From Thermoanaerobaculia bacterium (GTDB lineage Bacteria > Acidobacteriota > Thermoanaerobaculia > Multivoradales > Multivoraceae), in the NCBI GenBank assembly GCA_963666565.1, contig OY762911.1, forward strand, positions 3,872,001 through 3,936,000: 64,000 bases of DNA, in the 5' to 3' direction. Position 1 is the first letter of the stretch. Each line of letters starts with the position of its first letter. Shown here one piece after another: positions 33,403 through 41,470 of the stretch. The notes beneath the pieces were generated by a model that saw only the letters and a program-made list of their open reading frames with translations, was not told the DNA's origin and made no database searches. The position numbers and the translations under genes were made by a program.

Positions 33403-34095
33403 CTAGTAGATGTGGAGCCGAAACTCGGCCTGACCTCGCGCCCCCCTCTCACCCGGATGCAACGCCCCGGCTTGAATCCTCTCGGCATCGACCTGCTTCA
33501 TGGCAGCCCGCAGATAGCCCCCTACAGCAATCCAATGCCGAACCAAAGCAGCCGAGCCGGCAGGGCGGACGTCCCGGGAAGGGCTCAAGGCACCTGACCA
33601 GTCGAAAGTTCGCGCCATGCCAAGCAGAAACGGCGACTTGGGCCGGCCTATGCGCGATACCTCGACCATCCCAGGTCGGATCGCCTCGGCCGCCATGTCG
33701 GGCGCATAGTCGTAGATGGACAACAACAGAGGCGAAAGGGCGAGCGAGAAGAGCCAATCGGAAGCTGCGGCCATGTATTGGCTCGTGCGTTCCGGCAGAG
33801 TAGCTGCAGCACGGTCGCCCCGCTCCAGGCCCTCCTCCGTCAGACCGTAGAGGCGGTAGCGCCGCGACTCGTCGATGATCGCCAGACCCTCGCTGGCCAA
33901 CTGCTCCACCTGGCCGTAGACGGCGGGGTCGAAGGGGCCGTAGCGGTACGGCTGGAAGTCGAAGTGGGGACAGCCGCTCTCGCCCTCCAGCTCGCGGTCA
34001 AGCAGAAAGAAGTACTTCTGCAGACGCACCGGGTCGAAGCGCGCGTTGGCGCCAGCGGCGGCCATTGCGGCCAAGACAAAGGTCGGTCGGTCCAT
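33403..34095 (-). CDS. wHTH protein resembling Panacea/SocA (DUF4065)/YwgA, with extra C-terminal module
   Basis: RLQKYFFLL...FQPYRYGPFD.AVY...L.EEG pattern; ATG at 34095 with TATTCT 6 nt upstream. Confidence 0.65.
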   Translation of the reverse strand: MDRPTFVLAAMAAAGANARFDPVRLQKYFFLLDRELEGESGCPHFDFQPYRYGPFDPAVYGQVEQLASEGLAIIDESRRYRLYGLTEEGLERGDRAAATLPERTSQYMAAASDWLFSLALSPLLLSIYDYAPDMAAEAIRPGMVEVSRIGRPKSPFLLGMARTFDWSGALSPSRDVRPAGSAALVRHWIAVGGYLRAAMKQVDAERIQAGALHPGERGARGQAEFRLHIY

Positions 34096-34225
34096 GACGG
34101 GAGAATAGTGACACGCGAAGCGCCGTATGTCACACACGATCCCTGTCGCGCAGCTCCCCTGTTCGGCGCCGAGACCGGGAGACGCGGAGTCGCCCGGTGA
34201 CCCGGAAGGCCTTCTCCCGGAACCT

Positions 34226-35308
34226 CTACTCCGAACCCGAGCCAGATCCCGTGCTCGCCCCCTGGCCCTTCTTCTCGTAGTACTCCCGCTCCAGGATTCG
34301 GGCGCCGCGGAGGATGTTGCCCATCGCGTAGTTGCCTTCGTGGCAGGCGTACTCGTAGAGGAGATCGTCGGTTCCCGGCCAGATGAGTTCGCCGCTGTAG
34401 GGCGCTTCGTAGTCCGTGTCGTGGACGGTGAAGCCGTAGAGCAGGTCCTTCGGGCCGTGGCGGCTGAAGCGCTCGATGACCTTCAGGCCGTCGCGGGAGT
34501 CGCTCTGGCTGTCGAGGAAGTTCGTCGTTTCGACGACCAGGGTGTCGCCCTCCCACCAGCCGATCGAGTCGCCGCCCATGGAGCGGTACTCGGACGGCGC
34601 GTGTTCGGCGTTCAGGCGGACGACCTTCGCCCAGTGCATCCACTCGACGAGGATGACGACGTGGTCCTCGGTCTGCGTGATCGTCTTCAGGTTGTTGTAG
34701 GGCAGCGAGCGAACGGGCGTGGTGGCAACGCTGGTGTAGATGCAGCGGTCGCCAGGCGTCAGCGTCTCGGGGCCGTCGTAGGGATCGTCGCCGGCCTCGA
34801 TCCACCAGGCGTCGCCGGTGTTGCGGTACAGGTAGGGATTGACCCTGGCGCGCCGCGCCTTGCCGGCCTCGGTCAGCGCGGGCATGCGGCCGTTCGGCGG
34901 ATCGATGAGGACAGACGTACGGTACTGGCCGTCGATCGGATACGCCCGGTTGCCGAAGTCGAGCCAGAAGAAGTTGTAGCCGCCGACCGCGCCCGCCGCG
35001 CCGGCGGAGCCGTCGCCGCCCGGCGGCGGCGCCTCGCGGTCCGGATCGCTGACCGCGCTCGCCGCGGCGTCGGCCGCCGCCATGCCGGCGGCGATCCGCT
35101 GCGCCTCCTCGGCGGTCATGAACTGCTTGTCGCCGAGCCGCGGATCCCGCTCGAATGGCGTCAGATTGGCGACGTCGTAGTTGCCGGAGAGGTCCGGCCG
35201 GCCGCTGGCCGTCCGCGGGAAGTCCTCGTCGCCGGCTGCGGACAGCGGCGCCGCCAGAAACGACGCGAGGACGAGAGCGATGAACGGGAGGTTCTTGCGG
35301 ATGGACAT
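34226..35308 (-). CDS. Conserved secreted hypothetical protein (PRT..GRPDLSG ... EYACHEGN family)
   Basis: Signal peptide, GDSIGWWEGDTLVVETTNF, LYEYACHEGN; GAGGAG RBS. Confidence 0.85.
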   Translation of the reverse strand: MSIRKNLPFIALVLASFLAAPLSAAGDEDFPRTASGRPDLSGNYDVANLTPFERDPRLGDKQFMTAEEAQRIAAGMAAADAAASAVSDPDREAPPPGGDGSAGAAGAVGGYNFFWLDFGNRAYPIDGQYRTSVLIDPPNGRMPALTEAGKARRARVNPYLYRNTGDAWWIEAGDDPYDGPETLTPGDRCIYTSVATTPVRSLPYNNLKTITQTEDHVVILVEWMHWAKVVRLNAEHAPSEYRSMGGDSIGWWEGDTLVVETTNFLDSQSDSRDGLKVIERFSRHGPKDLLYGFTVHDTDYEAPYSGELIWPGTDDLLYEYACHEGNYAMGNILRGARILEREYYEKKGQGASTGSGSGSE

Positions 35309-35454
35309 GACGTTCTCCTCGCGGGAGGCAGGTTCTGGCCGATTCGGCTGTCGTGCTGGAACACGACCGAGACTAGCGCAAGCCTCCATGGAACTGGCTG
35401 CTCACAGTGGAACCGGCCTGCGGCCGGCGCGTCTTCGGGCCGCCTTCGGCGGCA

Positions 35455-35478
35455 GCGGGTCAGAGGACCCGCGCACCC
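35455..35478 (+). repeat. REP-like hairpin, family A variant
   Basis: GCGGGTCAGAGGACCCGCGCACCC. Confidence 0.8.
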
Positions 35479-35502
35479 GGTGTGCGGCCAGTTCCAAGCG
35501 CG

Positions 35503-36975
35503 TCAGCGCGGAGGCAGCCAGCCGCGGGGCGGCCGGAAGTAGACCTTGAAGTTCGCTTCCCGGCGGCGCTCCGAGGACAGGTTCTCGAAGACGCCGTAGA
35601 CGAACGTGCCGTTCTCGAGGCGATGGATCGCCGGGTTGCCACGCCAGGCGGCCTCGCCGATCTCGCACGGTTGCTCCGGCGGGCAGTTGCCGCGACTCTC
35701 GAGATCCGCGGCTTCGTACTGGAAGCCGACGAAGCGGGCCCCCTCGGGCAGGAAGACGCCGAGGACCTGGCACGAACGCTTGGGATCGACGACCGCCGGC
35801 AGCAGGTCCAGGACCTCGGAGCGGGCCTCGGCCGGCAGCAGCCGCAGCACGTCGTTGCCCGTCGGTTCGGCCAGCGAGCCGGCGTAGACCCGGAAGTCGG
35901 CCGGCAGCGACGCTTCGACGATCCCGGCCACCCGCTCCATTCGCTCGGCCAGATCGGCCGCGCACCCGACCGTCTCCGGCGTGCGCGGCGCCGCCTGCCA
36001 GTTGCTCGACACGGACCACTCGCCGGGTGCGCACTCCGGGCAGGCGCCGGCGCGCAGCAACGTGCGGTTCGGCAGCAGGCGAATCGGCTCGGGTTCGGGC
36101 GCGGGCTCGGGTTCGGGTTCGGGCGCCGGCTCGGGCACTGGCTCGGGCTCGGGTCCTTGCGCCGTCCTCGCAACTGCAGGCCGCAGCTCCGGCAGCGGCT
36201 CGGGAGTCGGCGACTCCGTTACTGGTTCAGGCGCCTCCGCGGGTACCGAGGCCACCGCGGCCTCCGGCGCTTCTTCGACCGGCGCCGCTTCGGCGACCGC
36301 AGTCCGGGGCGGCTCGTCCGCAGGCGCCGCGGGCTCGGTCTCCGCCTCGGGAGGATCAGCCGGCGGCACAACTTCGGCAACTGCCGCCGGAGGTATCTCC
36401 TCCACCAGGGGTGCCGGCTCTTCCGGGGCCGCCTGGTCTTCCCGCGGCGGTTCGACCACCCGCGCGACGTTCTCGCGCCGCAGCCGGCGCTCCCGCTGCT
36501 CCGCTCGCCGCTCGGCCCTCCGTTGAGCCCGGCTCATCGCCCGCGCCGAGCCGGCGCCGACCGCCGCCGTATCGATGCCCACGCTCGAGTAGCCGACGTT
36601 CATCGGCGCCCAGAAAGGCCCCGTTCGCTGGCGCGACGTGAACCCCACCTGCGGCCGCTTGCCGTCCTCCAGCTTGAGGTAGGAACTCACGATCATGAAC
36701 CCCTCGCGCCGCAATTCCACCTGCCACTCGCCGGCCGACAGGCCGGTGACCTCGACCACGCCGGACGCGTCGGTCAGCAGTGGAGGCGGTCCGCCGGAGC
36801 GCTCGGCCTCGGCCAGGAACGCGGCGACCGTCACCCCCGGCAGCGGCTGGCCCGCGTCGTCCGTGACGACCACCTGAAACCCGTTGCCGCCGCTCCACTC
36901 CTGGGCCGCCGCGACCGCCGGCGCAGCCGCCAGGATCGCCGCCAGGGTCAGCAGGCGCCGGCGGCGGATCGTCAT
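35503..36975 (-). CDS. Secreted protein: carboxypeptidase-regulatory-like domain, Pro/Glu-rich linker, Cys-containing C-terminal domain
   Basis: Signal peptide MTIRRRRLLTLAAILAAAPAVAAAQ; VTDDAGQPLPGV; PEPEP repeats. Confidence 0.75.
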   Translation of the reverse strand: MTIRRRRLLTLAAILAAAPAVAAAQEWSGGNGFQVVVTDDAGQPLPGVTVAAFLAEAERSGGPPPLLTDASGVVEVTGLSAGEWQVELRREGFMIVSSYLKLEDGKRPQVGFTSRQRTGPFWAPMNVGYSSVGIDTAAVGAGSARAMSRAQRRAERRAEQRERRLRRENVARVVEPPREDQAAPEEPAPLVEEIPPAAVAEVVPPADPPEAETEPAAPADEPPRTAVAEAAPVEEAPEAAVASVPAEAPEPVTESPTPEPLPELRPAVARTAQGPEPEPVPEPAPEPEPEPAPEPEPIRLLPNRTLLRAGACPECAPGEWSVSSNWQAAPRTPETVGCAADLAERMERVAGIVEASLPADFRVYAGSLAEPTGNDVLRLLPAEARSEVLDLLPAVVDPKRSCQVLGVFLPEGARFVGFQYEAADLESRGNCPPEQPCEIGEAAWRGNPAIHRLENGTFVYGVFENLSSERRREANFKVYFRPPRGWLPPR

Positions 36976-37223
36976 CCACGCGCCTCCGGCGGTGTCACGT
37001 TCTTCTCGGGAGGCTTCTCCGCCGGCGCGCGCCGGTCCTTCCACAGGCCCGTCATCAGAGTGAGCAGGCCCAGAACGGCCTCGTCGAGCAGGGGTATGAA
37101 ATCGGGCACCACCAGATCGAGGGCGAACAGGATCGCCAACACGACGAAGAGCTGCGGGAAACGCAACCTCCCCAGGAACGGCAACAGCCTGGCGCCGACG
37201 CGCACGGGATTGGGACCGGCCAT
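36972..37223 (-). CDS. DUF6116-like small membrane protein
   Basis: RLRFPQLF...DLVVPDFIPLLDE; ATGA-coupled to the downstream gene. Confidence 0.8.
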   Translation of the reverse strand: MAGPNPVRVGARLLPFLGRLRFPQLFVVLAILFALDLVVPDFIPLLDEAVLGLLTLMTGLWKDRRAPAEKPPEKNVTPPEARG

Positions 37224-37312
37224 CGTTGGAGACTCTATCGCCGGAGCGCAACGGCCCGATGCGTGAGGGCGGCGCGGTAACCTGCGTCGCGGTGAGCGAG
37301 AACGTTCTGTAC

Positions 37313-38056
37313 ATGGACACGGCGATCTTCGTCTACCCCGCGCTCGCCCTCGCCGGGTGCGTCGCCGGCGCCCTGAACGTGGTCGCGGGCGGCGGCTCCT
37401 TCCTGACGCTGCCGATCCTCATCTTCTTCGGGCTCCCTCCCGGAGTCGCCAACGGCACGAACCGGGTGGCGATCCTGCTCCAGAACGTCGTCGCCTCGTG
37501 GGGCTTCCACCGTCACGGCGTCTTGGACACGCGGGCGATCCTGTGGGCGGCGCTGCCCGCGACCGCCGGCGCCGGGCTGGGCGCCTGGGCCGCGCTCGTC
37601 ATCAGCGACGATGCCTTTCGCCGCGTGCTCGCGGGGCTGATGGTCGTCGTGACGCTCTGGACGCTCGTCTCGCGCCGAGCGGCACCCGAAGGGCAGCCGG
37701 CGTCGCTGCGCGTCGGGCTGCTGGCGCTCGGCTTCTTCGGCGTCGGCATCTACGGCGGGTTCGTGCAGGCGGGGGTCGGCTTCTTCATCCTCGCCGCGAC
37801 CTCGCTGGCCGGCCTCGACCTGGTGCGCGGCAACGCGGTCAAGGTGCTCAGCATTCTCTGCTTCACCGGGCTGTCGCTGCTGCTGTTCGCGCTCTCCGGC
37901 CGGGTCGACTGGGCCTTCGGCCTCGCCCTGGCGGCCGGCAACATGGCCGGCGGCTGGCTCGGCGTGCGGCTGACCGTGCTGAAGGGCCACGCCTGGGTGC
38001 AGCGGGTCGTGACGGTGACGGTGATCCTGTTCGCGGTCCGCCTCTGGTTCGGCTGA
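37313..38056 (+). CDS. Sulfite exporter TauE/SafE family membrane protein
   Basis: AGGGSFLTLP, ANGTNR, GIYGGFVQAGVG. Confidence 0.9.
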   Translation: MDTAIFVYPALALAGCVAGALNVVAGGGSFLTLPILIFFGLPPGVANGTNRVAILLQNVVASWGFHRHGVLDTRAILWAALPATAGAGLGAWAALVISDDAFRRVLAGLMVVVTLWTLVSRRAAPEGQPASLRVGLLALGFFGVGIYGGFVQAGVGFFILAATSLAGLDLVRGNAVKVLSILCFTGLSLLLFALSGRVDWAFGLALAAGNMAGGWLGVRLTVLKGHAWVQRVVTVTVILFAVRLWFG

Positions 38057-38128
38057 AGGCGCTCGAAGGCCCGGAAGCCGGCGCGGCTATGCTCCGCGCC
38101 GCAATCTCAAGACAGGAGGAGACGAACC

Positions 38129-38899
38129 GTGGCATACGACGCATTCGATCTGAGCGGCAGCGTGGCGCTCGTAACCGGCGGAAACTCCGGCATCGGTCTG
38201 GGCTTCGCCGAGGGACTGGCGAAAGCCGGGGCCGACGTCTGCATCTGGGGCACGAACGAGGAGAAGAACGCCGCCGCGAAGGCGCAGTTGCAGCGGCACG
38301 GCGGCAGAGTCGAGGCGCTGCGCTGCGACGTCGGCGACGCCGACGCGGTGGCGGCCTCGTTCGTGCGCACGGTCGAGTTGCTCGGCAAGGTCGACTCTTG
38401 CTTCGCCAACGCCGGGATCGGCGGCCGCGGCACGCCGTTCGTCGACATGTCGATGGAGGAGTGGCGGCGGATCTTCCAGGTCAACATGGAGGGCGTCTTC
38501 ACGACCTTCCAGCAGGCCATCCGGCACATGGTCGAGCGCGGCGAGGGCGGTTCCCTGGTCGCCACCAGCAGCCTGTCGGCAGTGTTCGGCGCGCCGCGCA
38601 GCGAGCACTACGCGTCGACCAAGGCGGGGCTCAACGCGATGGTGCGCGGCCTGGCGGTCGAGCACGCGCGCCACGGCATCCGCGTCAACTCGGTGCTGCC
38701 CGGCTGGATCGAGACCGCGATGACCGAGCGTGCCATCGGCACCGAGGCCTTTCAGACCAAGGTGCTGCGCCGCGTGCCGGTGCGCCGCTGGGGCACGGGA
38801 GAGGACTTCAGCGGCATCGCCGTCTACCTGGCGAGCAAGGCGTCGAGCTACCACACCGGCGACGAGTTCATCATCGACGGCGGCTACGCCTGCTTCTAG
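38129..38899 (+). CDS. SDR family oxidoreductase
   Basis: TGGNSGIG, ANAG, YASTK, IDGG. Confidence 0.95.
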   Translation: MAYDAFDLSGSVALVTGGNSGIGLGFAEGLAKAGADVCIWGTNEEKNAAAKAQLQRHGGRVEALRCDVGDADAVAASFVRTVELLGKVDSCFANAGIGGRGTPFVDMSMEEWRRIFQVNMEGVFTTFQQAIRHMVERGEGGSLVATSSLSAVFGAPRSEHYASTKAGLNAMVRGLAVEHARHGIRVNSVLPGWIETAMTERAIGTEAFQTKVLRRVPVRRWGTGEDFSGIAVYLASKASSYHTGDEFIIDGGYACF

Positions 38900-38907
38900 G
38901 TCCAGCC

Positions 38908-39040
38908 GGGTGCGCGGGTCTTCCGACCCGCTCGCGCCGAAGGCGCCCAAGAACGTCGCCGGCTCTGCCGGCGTCCATCTTCTCCGGTCTCCGCCGCTCC
39001 GCAGCTTCGCCCGTGAGCGGGTCGGAAGACCCGCGCACCC
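38908..39040. repeat. Inverted pair of family A REPs (38908-38931 and 39017-39040)
   Basis: Perfect 24-bp inverted repeats between convergent genes. Confidence 0.88.
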
Positions 39041-39042
39041 AG

Positions 39043-39492
39043 CTAGCGCTCCATCGAGCGGAAGATGGGGACGACCACCTCGGGCATCCGGCAGTGGGCG
39101 CCGGACGCCTTGTCGACCCAGACGTGGTCCGTCCGGCCCTCGACCAGCACCCGTTCGTCGACCTCTACCCGGTAGCCGAAGCTCATCGCGCGGCTCTTCA
39201 GCCGGTCCAGCCAGCAGACGACCCGGACCCTGTCGCCGTAGCGGGCGCCGCCCCGGTACTTGAGCTGAACCCCGGTGACCATCAGGTAGTAGCCCTTGTC
39301 CTCGATCTTCCGGTAGGCCATGCCCGCTGCGCGGCAGTGATGGGTGCGGGCGAGTTCGAGCCACACGAGGTAGTTCGAGTGGTGGACCACTCCCATCTGG
39401 TCGGTTTCCTTGTAACGAACCTCGACTTCGATCTCGCTGGCGGGTACGTCCCCACCGGCGGCGTTCACGGCAGTGCCTGTCATCCCGTTCAT
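39043..39492 (-). CDS. YbgC/4HBT family acyl-CoA thioesterase
   Basis: VRYKETDQMGVVHHSNYLVWLE; ATGA overlap with the GT2 gene. Confidence 0.92.
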   Translation of the reverse strand: MNGMTGTAVNAAGGDVPASEIEVEVRYKETDQMGVVHHSNYLVWLELARTHHCRAAGMAYRKIEDKGYYLMVTGVQLKYRGGARYGDRVRVVCWLDRLKSRAMSFGYRVEVDERVLVEGRTDHVWVDKASGAHCRMPEVVVPIFRSMER

Positions 39493-40265
39493 GTCGGCCC
39501 GCGACTGTAGCGGAGAACGGTGATGACGATCTTCCAGCCGGCGCGCACGGTGCCCGAGACCGTGCCGGTGATCTTGGAAACCCCCGTCCGGCGGCGGTAG
39601 CTGACCGGCGCCTCGGCCACCCGCAGGCCCCGCCGCAGCGCCTTGACCTGCATCTCGGCGGTCCAGCCGAAGTCCGGGTCCGCCATGCCGAGCGACTCGA
39701 GCGCAGGCCACGAGACGGCGCGGAACGGCCCCAGGTCGGTGTAGCGGTGGCCGTAGAGCAGCCGCACGAGCAGGCAGGCGAGCCGGTTTCCCCATCGCGC
39801 CTGGGGCAGCAGGGCGCCCGGTTCGGCCTCTCCCAGCAGCCGGGAGCCGATGACCAGGTCGGCCTCGCCGCGCGCGATGGGCTCGACGAGGCGCGGCATC
39901 TCCTCCGGGTGATCCGAGTAGTCCGCGTCCAGGAAGACGACGATCTCCGGCGGCCCGGTGCGCCGCAGGCGGTCGAGCCCGGCCAGACAGGCGCTGCCGT
40001 AGCCCTGAACCGGCGCCGGCACGACCTCGGCGCCCGCTTCCCTGGCCCGCGCCGCCGTCCCGTCGCGGCTGTTGTTGTCGGCCACCACGACGCGGCGGAC
40101 AAGACCGGCCGGGATGTCCCCAAGCACCAGAGCGATCGAGTCTTCCTCGTTGAAGGCCGGAATGACGACGTCGACGGTCGGAGCGCCGGCCGCGGGCCGT
40201 TCCGGTGGTGGCCGTTCCGGTGCGAGTCGTTCCGGCGCGGTCGCCCCTCGACCGGCGCCGGTCAC
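39489..40265 (-). CDS. GT2 glycosyltransferase (DPM1-like)
   Basis: VIPAFNEE, DNNSRD, GYGSA, FLDAD, TDLGPFRA, RRTGVSKI. Confidence 0.93.
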   Translation of the reverse strand: MTGAGRGATAPERLAPERPPPERPAAGAPTVDVVIPAFNEEDSIALVLGDIPAGLVRRVVVADNNSRDGTAARAREAGAEVVPAPVQGYGSACLAGLDRLRRTGPPEIVVFLDADYSDHPEEMPRLVEPIARGEADLVIGSRLLGEAEPGALLPQARWGNRLACLLVRLLYGHRYTDLGPFRAVSWPALESLGMADPDFGWTAEMQVKALRRGLRVAEAPVSYRRRTGVSKITGTVSGTVRAGWKIVITVLRYSRGPT

Positions 40266-40290
40266 GGGGCGGCACCCGGCGCCGCGACGG

Positions 40291-41187
40291 TCACAGGGTG
40301 ACGCCGAAGCGGTTCCGCAGCGCGAACGCGAACGCGAGGGAGAGGATCAGGAAGGCGATCAGCCAGTGGACGTCGAACAGGCCGAAGAACGAGATGGAAG
40401 CCGTGGCGTACTGCACGTCGATCCGTTCGATCGGCCCGCCGCGCGGCAGCGAAGGCTCCGCCGGGTAGAGCAACTGGTCGAGAATCGCCGCCCGGCGCCT
40501 GGTCGGCGAGCGGCGCACCCAGCGCGAGCCCTCCTCCGGATCGGCGACGAAGAGGCTCTTCGTGAACGCCCCGCCGTCCGCGCGCACGACGAGCTCGTGC
40601 CGCCCCGGATCGTCCGCCCGCAGCCGCCAGACGACCTGCCGCAGGCTCGGCACCCAGACGCCGGCCGTCTCCACCGCGACTCCCGGCGGCGCCTCCAACT
40701 CCACCGCGGGCCGCGGCGACGCCGCAGCGTCGGCCGGCGATCCCGCCGCCGCCTCGCCGCCGGCGGTCGGTTCGGCGCCTTCGCCGGCCAGTTCGACGGT
40801 CAGTAGCGTACGCTCGCCCACTTCGAGACCGCCGTAGCCGTAGTGGAACTGCAACTGGGCGATCAGCAGCATGAACGGCACGATCATCCACAGCAGCGGA
40901 ACCAGGTTCAGCCGCAGGTAGGTCAGGTTCTCGCGCAGCAGACGAAGCTGGGCCGCCAGCACCGCCCGCAGGTCGTCGTTGAACAGCCGCACCTCGAGCA
41001 GGTGCCCGAACAGCCGCCGCTTGACCGCCGCGATCGCCGCCTGGTTCGATGTCCAGCGATAGACGAGCAGCGCGAAGATGCCCGAGACCAGCGCCACGAC
41101 GGTCACCGGCACGATCGGCGGCAGGCCAGCGAAGGGCCGGAGCGCCACGTCGAAGACGGCGCGAAGGGCGGCGTTCAGAAGGGACAT
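40291..41187 (-). CDS. Membrane protein with DUF106/EMC3/TMCO1 (Oxa1 superfamily)-like architecture
   Basis: TM1, amphipathic coiled region (SNQAAIAAVKRR...LRENL), TM2, beta-rich soluble domain, and final TM HWLIAFLILSL...LRNRFG. The family call is by pattern only. Confidence 0.6.
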   Translation of the reverse strand: MSLLNAALRAVFDVALRPFAGLPPIVPVTVVALVSGIFALLVYRWTSNQAAIAAVKRRLFGHLLEVRLFNDDLRAVLAAQLRLLRENLTYLRLNLVPLLWMIVPFMLLIAQLQFHYGYGGLEVGERTLLTVELAGEGAEPTAGGEAAAGSPADAAASPRPAVELEAPPGVAVETAGVWVPSLRQVVWRLRADDPGRHELVVRADGGAFTKSLFVADPEEGSRWVRRSPTRRRAAILDQLLYPAEPSLPRGGPIERIDVQYATASISFFGLFDVHWLIAFLILSLAFAFALRNRFGVTL

Positions 41188-41227
41188 CGGCGGCTGAGGC
41201 GGCGGCGGAAACGAGCGAACTGGGCGG

Positions 41228-41422
41228 CTAGGAGATGTATCCCAGGCCGCGGAGCCGCTTCTCGATCTCCTCCCTCGATTCGGCGCCTTCGAGCTTGGCC
41301 AGTTCCTTCTCCAGGGCGTGGGCGATGAACTCCTCGACGGACGAGTAGCCCGCGATGTCGCTGTAGCGCTTCACCCGCGCGATGAGCTCCTTGTCGAGCT
41401 TGACCTTGCCGCCGCCGAACAT
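41228..41422 (-). CDS. 64-aa protein, RHH-like N-terminus, C-terminal EEIEKRLRGLGYIS motif
   Basis: Strong RBS (AAGGAGGAGAAGG) and typical codon use; in operon. Confidence 0.85.
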   Translation of the reverse strand: MFGGGKVKLDKELIARVKRYSDIAGYSSVEEFIAHALEKELAKLEGAESREEIEKRLRGLGYIS

Positions 41423-41470
41423 CCTTCTCCTCCTTCGCTGGCCTTCTGGCTCGCCGTCGTACCGGCAGGC

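Noticed and set aside
36080-36160. Short tandem repeats GGCTCG/GGTTCG
   Set aside because: They simply encode the PEPEP linker of a secreted protein.
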